From: an uncultured delta proteobacterium
GTDB lineage: Bacteria; Desulfobacterota; Binatia; UBA9968
Assembly: GCA_963804165.1 (NCBI GenBank)
Contig: CAWDPO010000006.1
Coordinates: forward strand, 192,001-256,000
DNA length: 64,000 nt
Direction: 5' to 3'
Shown: one piece after another, positions 10,539 to 19,112 of the stretch
Numbering within the stretch: position 1 is the stretch's first letter
Layout: each line of letters begins with the position of its first letter
Program-made: the position numbers and the translations under genes
Notes under the pieces: model-generated
The model's input: only the letters and a program-made list of their open reading frames with translations
Told to the model about the DNA's origin: nothing
Database searches by the model: none

Positions 10539-10826
10539 GATCAGGTCATGCTGACTTTCGCCGCTGCTTGACGGTCACAAATAATCGTAAAGTTACACCC
10601 AGCAAGCGATCGATAAGCTAATAGACCGGTGCTCACGCACCGCTAGGGGGCTCTTGCTCCTTGGTGCGCGTTCGCTCAATATCGTCCACCGGTGGGGTCT
10701 ATTTAACGACGGTTGTAAACTTCTTTGAAGGGCGTGACGTTGTATTCTCCGTATACTGTCCTGGAATGGAACAGATCACACAGCCACAGATACCACATGT
10801 TGGCCAGTGCAAATTGCCAGAAGAAT

Positions 10827-10902
10827 TGGCTCCCCGGGAGGGACTCGAACCCCCGACCAATTGGTTAACAGCCAACTGCTCTACCGACTGAGCTACCGGG
10901 GA
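10827..10902 (-). tRNA. tRNA-Asn(GTT)
   Basis: TCCCCGGTAGCTCAGTCGGTAGAGCAGTTGGCTGTTAACCAATTGGTCGGGGGTTCGAGTCCCTCCCGGGGAGCCA, 76 nt cloverleaf with encoded CCA. Confidence 0.97.
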
Positions 10903-11047
10903 ACATGCTTTCTTTCACGTCTTAAACAGTAGACAGATCCGCCTCCGACTGAACTGCTGCGCTTCAGCTGGCAGCTGATCAGGCTTTGGCTAAGTCTAGA
11001 TTACAAGCAGCCTTTTTTTCTAACATATGCGGACGCCGAATTCCAGT

Positions 11048-11530
11048 TTATCCGAAACCTAATTCCCTCAACTCCTCGAGCATTTTCTGGTGGTGGGTCG
11101 CAGCCCAGTAGACGCGCCGGCAGGTCGGGCAGGAGAAAAATTTTTCTTGCGATGAAAAGACGTAGGGCGGGACGATCGTTTCCAATGTCTCTTTGGGCTT
11201 GGGCTGAAGCACCGTGTTGCATGCGGTGCAGCGGGTAAACAAGTCCCCTTTCAACTGCAAGCCGCATTCGCGGACGACTTGACGCAGTTGTTCGCGAAAC
11301 CGATCGCTTTCGATCAACAAAAAAGCCGGCGGCTGCTTTTTTTTCAAGCTCCGGTCTCGGGTCAGGATCAGGCGGCTCTCGGCGCGTGCGGCGCGGATCA
11401 AGCCATAGCCGGTCAAGTGCCGGCCATAGATCACGTCTTGTCCGATAATGCGCAGCCATTTGGCGAGCCGGCCGAGCATGAAGTCGGCGGCGAATCTCCC
11501 GCCGGATGGTTCACTTTTGATTTCGGTCAT
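11048..11530 (-). CDS. Mut7-C RNase domain protein
   Basis: ADFMLGRLAKWLR, LTRD, RCTACN and CPTCRRVYW..TH motifs. Confidence 0.88.
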   Translation of the reverse strand: MTEIKSEPSGGRFAADFMLGRLAKWLRIIGQDVIYGRHLTGYGLIRAARAESRLILTRDRSLKKKQPPAFLLIESDRFREQLRQVVRECGLQLKGDLFTRCTACNTVLQPKPKETLETIVPPYVFSSQEKFFSCPTCRRVYWAATHHQKMLEELRELGFG

Positions 11531-11582
11531 ATTTTGTATTTGAACCCAGCGACCTAAGCCTTTACCATATACGCTCTAACGC

Positions 11583-13034
11583 ATGATTGTGAAGCTATCT
11601 ATCGGTCTGGCGGTCGTGGTGTTTTGGGGCGTGATGAATTTTCTCCTCATAAAGCGCCAGATCAGCGCGCCCGCGCCGGTTCTAACCCTGCATGGCACGG
11701 AGAAAATCACCGACAGCATCGAAGAATGGTGGGGGGTATTTTACCGCGGCGAGAAGATCGGTTATGCGACGCAGACGATTACACCCGAGTCCAAAGGCTA
11801 CAGGCTTAACGACCGATCAGTGTTGAACTTGAATTTGCTGGGCACGGTCCGGCCCGCCATGACCAGTCTGGAAATGGAGGCCAACGAAGATTGGATCCTT
11901 CAAAAATTCGTCTTCGAGCTCAACTCCAAAGAGATCCGCTTCAGCGCGCGCGGGCGAGTTAAGGATCGCCATTTGAGTTTGGAAATCGACTCGGCGGGTC
12001 ACAAATCGACGCGCGACTTGACGTTGACCCAAGCGCCGTATCTGCTCGCTGCCTTAAAACCCTATGTGGTCACCCAGCAGTTGGAGACCGGAAAAAAATT
12101 CCTCTTCAACACCTTCGACCCGTCGACCCTGTCGCAGCAGATAACCATGGTCGTGATCGAAGGCCGCGAACAAATTCGCGTCGGTAATCGCACCGAACCG
12201 GCGATTCGGTTGCGCCAAACCTTTCGCGGAATCTCCGTGGTTTCCTGGGTGGACGGCCACGGGCGCACGCTCAAAGAGGAGTCCCCTGGGGGACTATCGC
12301 TGGTGCGGCAGGAAGTTCAAGAGGCCAAACGCCTCCCGGCGAGCGCGGTATCGCTGGACATGGTGGCCCAAACGGCAATCCCGGTCGCCAAACACATCAC
12401 CGATGCGCAATCAAGAAAGGATATCCAGTTCAAACTCGGCGGCGTCAACCTGGCGAACTTTCCGCTCAACGGCGGAAGACAGACACTCGCATACGATCGG
12501 CTCGATATCCGACTTGAAGACCTGCAACGGCTCAACGTGCCCAAGGTCCCGGTGCGCGGACCGCGCTTCGCCTCGTACCTGCAACCCACGCCATTCCTTC
12601 AAACCGATCATCCCAGCGTCGCTGCGCTCGCCGCAAAAATTGTCCGCGGCGAAAGCGACGCTTACAAAGCGGCGTCAAAAATCAAAGATTGGGTTTACCG
12701 GGAAATCGCCAAAGAACCGACGGTCAGTATCCCCAATGCCCTCGAAGTCCTCCAGACCAAAAAGGGCGACTGCAACGAACACACGGTGCTGTTCAATGCT
12801 TTGGCGCGCGCTGCGGGCATCCCGGCGAAAACGGTCGTCGGAGTGGTCTATCTGCGCGGCGCTTTTTACTACCACGCTTGGTCGGAAGTCTGGCTCGGCG
12901 AATGGGTCTCGCTCGACTCCGTGCTCAATCAATTTCCCGCCGACGTGACTCATATCAAGTTTCTCGAAGGAGAAATCGACCGTCAGCTCGAAATTCTGCA
13001 ATTGATCGGTAATCTCAAAATCGAAGTCTTGTAG
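11583..13034 (+). CDS. Membrane-anchored transglutaminase-like protein
   Basis: N-terminal TM; GDCNEH, YHAW.EV, W..LD catalytic triad pattern. Confidence 0.88.
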   Translation: MIVKLSIGLAVVVFWGVMNFLLIKRQISAPAPVLTLHGTEKITDSIEEWWGVFYRGEKIGYATQTITPESKGYRLNDRSVLNLNLLGTVRPAMTSLEMEANEDWILQKFVFELNSKEIRFSARGRVKDRHLSLEIDSAGHKSTRDLTLTQAPYLLAALKPYVVTQQLETGKKFLFNTFDPSTLSQQITMVVIEGREQIRVGNRTEPAIRLRQTFRGISVVSWVDGHGRTLKEESPGGLSLVRQEVQEAKRLPASAVSLDMVAQTAIPVAKHITDAQSRKDIQFKLGGVNLANFPLNGGRQTLAYDRLDIRLEDLQRLNVPKVPVRGPRFASYLQPTPFLQTDHPSVAALAAKIVRGESDAYKAASKIKDWVYREIAKEPTVSIPNALEVLQTKKGDCNEHTVLFNALARAAGIPAKTVVGVVYLRGAFYYHAWSEVWLGEWVSLDSVLNQFPADVTHIKFLEGEIDRQLEILQLIGNLKIEVL

Positions 13035-13044
13035 GAAGGAAATC

Positions 13045-13110
13045 ATTTTGGATTCTCGGAACGGCAATTCTGTTTTCAATCGAAAATCGGCAATCCAAAA
13101 TCTAAAATTG
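13045..13110. repeat. Short tandem heptamer (AAATCNA-like) repeat
   Basis: AATCGAAAATCGGCAATCCAAAATCTAAAAT with upstream inverted ATTTTGGATT. Confidence 0.6.
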
Positions 13111-13112
13111 GA

Positions 13113-13871
13113 ATGATCCAAATCATCAGCCTCAGCAAACATTATGGCAAACTCGCCGCTGTCGATCAGCTCAATCTCACAGTGCCGGCGGGAGAGATCT
13201 TCGGTTTTCTCGGTCCCAACGGCGCGGGTAAGACGACGACCATCCGCGTCATGATGGGGATCTTGAAAGCGACGTCGGGGCAGGTCTTACTCGCCGGCCA
13301 TGACGTCGTGACCGATGCGCAAATCGCCAAGAGCATCGCCGGATTTATCCCCGACCGGCCATTTATCTATGAAAAGCTGAGCGGCGGAGAATTCCTCGAA
13401 TTCGTCGGCAAGCTGCATCGCGTCGAGCCGGGAAGGCTCAAAATGCGCATCGCTGAACTACTCTGCCACTTGGAACTAAGCGCGTGGAAAGACGAGCTCG
13501 TCGAGAGCTACTCGCACGGCATGAAGCAGCGTTTGGTGATCTGCGCCGCGTTGATTCACGAACCGCGCATTCTTATCGTCGACGAGCCGATGGTCGGGAT
13601 GGATCCGCGCGGCGCACGCACGCTTAAGGACCTCTTCTCCGCCCTGGCAAAAAACGGCACGACGATTTTTCTGTCGACGCACAGCATCAGCGTCGCAGAA
13701 GAGATCTGTCACCGCATCGGCATCATTCAGAAAGGCCGGCTCATCGCTTGCGGCACAATGTCAGAGCTGCACCGGCAAGCCGCGGGAAATCACGGCAATC
13801 TCGAAAGCGTCTTCTTGGACTTGACCCGCGAGCAAGTGCACGGCAACGGCAACCTGCAATCTTACTCATGA
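13113..13871 (+). CDS. ABC transporter ATP-binding protein
   Basis: GPNGAGKTT, YSHGMKQR, LIVDEP. Confidence 0.93.
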   Translation: MIQIISLSKHYGKLAAVDQLNLTVPAGEIFGFLGPNGAGKTTTIRVMMGILKATSGQVLLAGHDVVTDAQIAKSIAGFIPDRPFIYEKLSGGEFLEFVGKLHRVEPGRLKMRIAELLCHLELSAWKDELVESYSHGMKQRLVICAALIHEPRILIVDEPMVGMDPRGARTLKDLFSALAKNGTTIFLSTHSISVAEEICHRIGIIQKGRLIACGTMSELHRQAAGNHGNLESVFLDLTREQVHGNGNLQSYS

Positions 13872-15559
13872 GTTCCGTCACATTACTGCTTTCCCCGCTC
13901 TGGCTCGGCTGGAAAAATTCGCTTACTCGCGGCGCCGGGTCTTGGTCGCGCCGCTTGCTGATCATAGCACTTGCCGTCTGTTTTTGGATCGGCACGTATC
14001 TCGTGATCCGGCGCGTCTTGCGCTATTTTGAGACGGTTTATGAGCTCGGGCCGGCGCTGGCTTATCAACTTTTGCTGATCATCCTGCTGACCTTTTTGTC
14101 GATGCTTTTGTTCAGCAATCTGGTTGCCGCGCTTTCGACTTATTTTCTCGCGCGCGATCTGGACTTGGTGCATTCAACACCGGTTTCGCCCGACGGGTTT
14201 TTTTTCGCACGCTTGATTCACACCGCGGTCAATTCGTCGTGGATGGTATTGTTTTTTAGCATCCCCATCTTTGCCGCCTATGGCGCGGTGTTCCGCGGCG
14301 GTTGGAGTCTTTATCTCTGGGTCGCCCTGATCTTGCCGCTGTTTTTGCTCATTCCGGCGGCGATAGGAATTTTGGTCACCCACCTCCTGGTCTATTCTCT
14401 ACCAGCGAAAAGAATCCGCGACGTGCTTTTTTTCATCGGCTTGATCGCCTTCATTGTCATGTATTTTTTGTTTCGCTTTTCCCAACCTGAACGCCTTGTG
14501 CATCCGGAGTCCTTCGGCAATTTCATACAATTTTTGACCGCCATGGAAACGCCTTCGTCGCCGTTTTTGCCGAGCAGCTGGTCGGCGGAGATCTTGGCCG
14601 GAATTCTCTTTAGTCGGGAAACCGAACAGGGCTTTTTCTTCGCTCTGCTCGCCAGCTATGCGCTGTTCTTGCCGCTCGTGGCTTCGTGGGTTTCCGGCGC
14701 GGTCTATTTCGACGGCTGGTCCAAGGCCCAGGAGTCGCGCCAAGGCCGGCGCAATCTTGCATGGTTCGATCGCTTACTCGATCGCCTCGTGCAACTGTTT
14801 CCGCTAACGACCCGCGCGATCATGGTCAAGGACATCAAGACCTTTTTGCGCGACACGACCCAATGGTCGCAGATGTTCCTTCTACTCGCCCTGATCGTCG
14901 TCTATCTGTACAACTTCAAAGTGCTGCCTCTGGACCGTTCGCCGATGCCCGCCGGCGTGCTGCGCACTCTCGTTTCATTTGCCAACTTGGCGCTCGCCGG
15001 ATTTGTGCTCAGCGCCGTCGCCGTTCGCTTCGCCTTCCCCGCCATCAGCCTGGAAGGGAAAGCCTTTTGGATTTTGCAGTGTTCGCCGATCTCCCTGCGC
15101 GCCTTGCTCTGGAGCAAATTCTGGTTGATTTTTATTCCACTGCTGGTGCTCGGCGAACTGCTTGTGTTCTTGAGTAACTTGATGCTTCAAGTGCCGCCCT
15201 GGATGATGACGCTTTCGCTCATCACGGTTTGCCTGATGACGTTCGGCATCGCCGCCATCGGCGTTGGCCTCGGCGCGCTTTATCCGAGCTTCGACTATGA
15301 AAATGCCGCAGAAATCCCGACCAGTTTTGGCGGCGCGGTGGCGATGATTATGAGCATCGGATTCATAGCGGCCGCAGTGGCGATCGAAGCCTGGCCGATC
15401 TACCAACTCGCCATGGCGTCCCTTCACCCCGGGCGAGCCGCAGCACCGACACTCTCGCTCATCGCGCCGTCTTTGATCGCTGTCGCAGCACTGACCTGCG
15501 CGGTGGTAGCGCTTTCATTGCGACTTGGGATACGACGGCTCGAACAGCTAAGAGACTGA
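13868..15559 (+). CDS. Putative ABC exporter permease
   Basis: Multi-TM protein; ATG overlaps the ATPase stop (ATGA); SLEGKAFW motif. Confidence 0.82.
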   Translation: MSSVTLLLSPLWLGWKNSLTRGAGSWSRRLLIIALAVCFWIGTYLVIRRVLRYFETVYELGPALAYQLLLIILLTFLSMLLFSNLVAALSTYFLARDLDLVHSTPVSPDGFFFARLIHTAVNSSWMVLFFSIPIFAAYGAVFRGGWSLYLWVALILPLFLLIPAAIGILVTHLLVYSLPAKRIRDVLFFIGLIAFIVMYFLFRFSQPERLVHPESFGNFIQFLTAMETPSSPFLPSSWSAEILAGILFSRETEQGFFFALLASYALFLPLVASWVSGAVYFDGWSKAQESRQGRRNLAWFDRLLDRLVQLFPLTTRAIMVKDIKTFLRDTTQWSQMFLLLALIVVYLYNFKVLPLDRSPMPAGVLRTLVSFANLALAGFVLSAVAVRFAFPAISLEGKAFWILQCSPISLRALLWSKFWLIFIPLLVLGELLVFLSNLMLQVPPWMMTLSLITVCLMTFGIAAIGVGLGALYPSFDYENAAEIPTSFGGAVAMIMSIGFIAAAVAIEAWPIYQLAMASLHPGRAAAPTLSLIAPSLIAVAALTCAVVALSLRLGIRRLEQLRD

Positions 15560-15580
15560 AGCCATGAACGGAGATTAACC

Positions 15581-16241
15581 GTGCAGCTTGTTCACACGAT
15601 TTATCAACCCGCCGGCGACGGCCCGTTTCCAACGATCCTGACTCTGCACGGACGCGGCGCCAACGCCTTCGACTTGCTCGGACTCGCGCCCTATCTCTGC
15701 GGCGGAAAGTTTCAGATGATTTGCCCGCAAGGACCGTTGGAAACACCGATCGGTCCCGAGGCCGTCGGCTACGCGTGGTACCCCATGAGCATGGGCGGAC
15801 CGCCGGACGTGGATGCCATTCTGTCTTCGCAAAAAAAACTGCGGGTCGTTCTCGACGAGTGCGTGAAATCCTATCCCATCGACGTCAAGAAGCTTGCGCT
15901 GCTCGGCTTTAGCCAAGGCGGTGTAATGGCGTATGGCCTCGCTCTGTCAGATCCCGGCCGCTTCGCTGCTCTTGCCGTCTTGAGCAGCTGGCTGCCGAAA
16001 GAATTGTTGTCGCAAATCAGCGTGAGCGATGCGGTCCGCTCGCTGCCTACGCTGGTACAGCACGGCACGCAGGATTCGACCATCGAATTAGCGCGTGCGC
16101 GAACTTCAGTAGAAACACTGCGGCAATTTCAAATGCCGCTAGTTTATAAGGAATACGAAATGGGCCACGAAATCAGGCCGAGAAGCCTGTCCGAATTGTC
16201 GACGTGGGCTAAATGATACCGTACTGAAAACGGGGGGTTAG
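15581..16241 (+). CDS. Phospholipase/carboxylesterase (alpha/beta hydrolase); integration target of the element
   Basis: LHGRG, GFSQGG, HGTQD, MGHEI. As read it ends TWAK* at 16216; removing one G gives WLNDTVLKTGG* ending at 16241. Confidence 0.88.
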
Positions 16242-16260
16242 CACATAACCCTCCGTTTTT
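16227..16260. terminator. Intrinsic terminator, possibly bidirectional
   Basis: AAAACGGGGGGTTA-GCACA-TAACCCTCCGTTTTT hairpin with A/T tracts on both sides. Confidence 0.7.
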
Positions 16261-16288
16261 ATTTACCTTTCCGCCGATACCTCGAAAA

Positions 16289-16408
16289 ACTCATTAGGAC
16301 TGATTAGGACTCATTAAGACTGATTTGTTTTGAAACGGCTTTGAAACGTGCGTAGCTCAAAAGCCGTTGCCGCTTATGGCCGAGAAGTAGCCCATCGACC
16401 GTTTCAAA
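16289..16408. repeat. 10-bp tandem repeat (x3.7) plus three TTTGAAACG boxes
   Basis: ACTCATTAGG ACTGATTAGG ACTCATTAAG ACTGATT; TTTGAAACG at 16329 and 16340, inverted at 16400-16408. Confidence 0.7.
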
Positions 16409-16578
16409 CGTCTCACCGCGACCGCCGGTCAAGCGGACCCGCCTATTTGACCCGCTTGAACAACACGCCGAGCTTTGATAATAAAATTTTTGCCTAAAAA
16501 GCCGCAGTCGGATGGGGGCGGGCGTCACATCCGGCTGAAATAAGTCTCCCCGGGCAGGTTCCCGCCGATTGCCGGTCG

Positions 16579-16677
16579 AGCCACAAACCTTAGAAAAAAG
16601 GCCGTAACCTCGGTTCACATGTGCTCCGCATGGAGCACTTCCGAAGGTTCGCCTCTGGGGTTTGTGGCTTTTTTTTT
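16579..16677 (+). ncRNA. Putative structured RNA or attenuator (long rod-like hairpin plus U-tract)
   Basis: AGCCACAAACCTTAGA/TCTGGGGTTTGTGGCT, AACCT/AGGTT, GTGCTCC/GGAGCAC nested stems, then T9. Confidence 0.5.
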
Positions 16678-16700
16678 GGGCAAAACCAAGGAGGGAATTT

Positions 16701-16946
16701 GTGGCAAGAAGGAATCGCGGATTAAAAATGGCGCTCTTGGAACGCTGGAGACAATCAAGGCGATGCCGCCGCCGCGTTGAAAATTAAATTATCGTCTTCT
16801 GTCTCGATTGGTGTCGGGTCAGAAACGACCGTCCAAATCGGAGCGGCAGAAGCTCGCGAATAGTGCTCGGCGCTAAACGAGTCAACGAATTGTTCGCCGA
16901 CCGCGAGCTGCCGAAGAAATCAATTGAGCGAAACAAGCGAATCTGA
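16701..16946 (+). CDS. Cro/XRE-like HTH protein (frameshifted, absent from ORF track)
   Basis: GGAGG RBS plus GTG; stitched reading MARRNRGLKMALLERW..QGDAAAALKINYRLLSRLVSGQKRPSKSERQKLA.VLGAKRVNELF. Confidence 0.65.
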
Positions 16947-17119
16947 GCGAGCCGTCCGGTCAGATTGAGCGATGAACGAGAGCGAGCCGGTACTCTTGAT
17001 TGAGCGCGAGAAAAGAGCGAGCCGTTGCTGCCGATTGAACGTTCTCGCGGAGCGAGCCGAGTCCGAAGATAGAGCACGAACCATGAGCGAGCCGAAGTAA
17101 GCGATTGAGCGTAAATTGG
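16945..17119 (+). repeat. Dual-repeat/dual-spacer array, 5 x 35 bp, TIGR-like
   Basis: GAGCGAGCCG at 16945, 16980, 17015, 17050, 17085; each followed by N8, GATTGAGCG (variants GATTGAACG, GATAGAGCA) and N8; all ten spacers differ. Confidence 0.9.
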
Positions 17120-17141
17120 ACGATGGGAAGGGAACAAATTT

Positions 17142-17339
17142 ATGAGTGAATGTGAAAGCTGCGGAAAAGAAACAACAGTCCAAGTTTATACCGTCCCCAC
17201 GAATGGATGGCTCCGACGCGAGACAGCGGCGCTTACCACTGCGATATGGTGCGAATCATGCGCAGAGAAAAACAAGAATTTCATCATCACGGACAAAGAA
17301 ATGCGGTTGCTTGCCGCCTCGCAACGAAGTCGACGATGA
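17142..17339 (+). CDS. Small zinc-finger protein
   Basis: 65 aa, CESC...CESC; starts 23 nt after the array. Confidence 0.55.
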   Translation: MSECESCGKETTVQVYTVPTNGWLRRETAALTTAIWCESCAEKNKNFIITDKEMRLLAASQRSRR

Positions 17340-17675
17340 GGACGCGGACTAAGTCCGGCAGAGAAAAGCGGAACATAGACGGCGCTGAAACCATCGGAGA
17401 CCTGTTCGAAATTATGCGCACGTCGGCTTATGACATCAGATAGGCAGTCGAGATGACATTACGTATCATCGTCGACGACTGGCGCGCCGATGAATTCGAG
17501 AACGTGCTGCTCTCCGCGATTGGGATACTTGACCGGCCTAAAACACTGCACACAGATACACAGACTCACAAGACACCCAGGAGGAAACACAAGAATTCCC
17601 CGGCGACCGCCGTTCGAAGAGTGAACTGCTTGCGTTTGCGCTCTTGATTGTACTAAACGGACAAGAACTCGAACA

Positions 17676-18185
17676 TGGACGCGGCGCGCATTTGGCAATT
17701 TATATCGGGAATCAACTGGTGATTCGCTGTCGACGTATTCGCCGCGCTGTTGACGCCTACCATCGCGATAATCACGGTGTATATCGCGTATCAGCAGTGG
17801 AGAGTGAACAAGACGCGGCTCGACCTTGACCTCTACGACCGCCGCTTGTCGATATACAAGGCGTTGGAGGAATTCTACTCCGAATCTTTTGCAAGCGGCT
17901 CTATTAACTATCCGATGGCCGGAAAACTGCGCACCGCGACCGCTGAAGCGCGATTTCTCTTTCCCAGCGAAATCGAAACGTTCCTGGATACGTTACACAA
18001 GAAGTCACTCAGGGTGGCGGGATTGCGTCAACTACTCGACCCAATTTCTGCAATAGCCGGGATTGCCCGTTGGCGACCGGCGCAGTAGAGCGGTCGACGA
18101 AGCGTCAGAATTACTTACTGACATCCAAGAGCAACTCCGAGAGGAAAGTAAGACATTGTTCCGTAAGTATCTAACCCTCGCCTAG
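17676..18185 (+). CDS. Hypothetical membrane protein (frameshifted; boundaries approximate)
   Basis: LTPTIAIITVYIAYQQW...LDLYDRRLSIY...EARFLF pattern of a mobile-element hypothetical family. Confidence 0.55.
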
Positions 18186-18218
18186 CTGGGACCGCAAAAG
18201 AAACCTTGATGCAAAACG

Positions 18219-19112
18219 GTGGCAGATATATTGTCTGGTGACGGAATTAAATTGCTTGGTGACATCGCCGCGCTGTTGTGCGATGCAACCCCGCTACGTA
18301 ATTTGAATTCACCATATGACGCAGTGCATTTTATGGGCAGTCCCCACTATTGTTTTCCCGAATTGCCGCTTGAAAAAAAACGCCTTCAGTCCCGAGTTCT
18401 TGAAGATTACAACAACTTTCTTGCTATCGCCCGTGCTCTTTTAAGGAAGCAACCGGACGCCGTCCGGGTCGAAATCGACGGTTGCGACAAGACCCTTCGT
18501 GAAATTATCGAGCAAGAGCGCGTCTGGCACGCCACGTCGGAGGAAGCCTTAATCGCGGCCACTTCCGCCATCAATGGAATTCTAACGGCGCTTTCGTCTC
18601 TTTACGATTCGAATGAAGGTTCAGTCGTGCTAGTGCCAGACACTAACGCTTTAATTACACAATCGCCGGTAATTCAGAAGTGGCGCTTCAATGACTTCCC
18701 AGAATTCGAAATCCTGCTCGTTCCAACAATCCTGTCAGAGCTGGACAAGCTGAAAATCGAACACCGCAATCCTGCTGTTCGGAAAAAGGCGCAAAGCATC
18801 ATTCGTCAGGTAAAAGAGTACCGGGTGTCGCGGACCACTCTCCGAAGGAGTAACCGTTGTGGCGAATCATATCAGCCTCCGCTCCATCGCGCATGAACCG
18901 CAGGTCAAAGACGCACTACCGTGGCTGGATGCAGATTCGCGAGACGACCGAATTCTAGCCTCATTCGTGGAAGCAATGCGTGCCCATCCTCGTTCAGTCG
19001 TCGCATTGGGTAACGGTGAGATCCCGCCATCAACCTCCAGAACAAAGCCGAGTTCGCCCGAAACGCCTACATTGAGCCGCCCGACCCGCCAGAATCCAAG
19101 GAAACGCGCTAA
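18219..19112 (+). CDS. PIN-domain protein (frameshifted)
   Basis: VLVPDTNAL, VPTILSELDKLK, DDRILAS, NLQNKA spread over several frames. Confidence 0.75.

Noticed and set aside
16640-16651. TCCGAAGGTTCG resembles the unit-4 spacer halves (TCCGAA and reverse complement GGTTCG), a possible self-target
   Set aside because: Only 6+6 nt match and it needs a 2-nt gap; compatible with chance.
16945-17119. CRISPR array interpretation
   Set aside because: Repeats are 9-10 nt and alternate between two types, spacers are 8 nt, and no cas gene is in the window.
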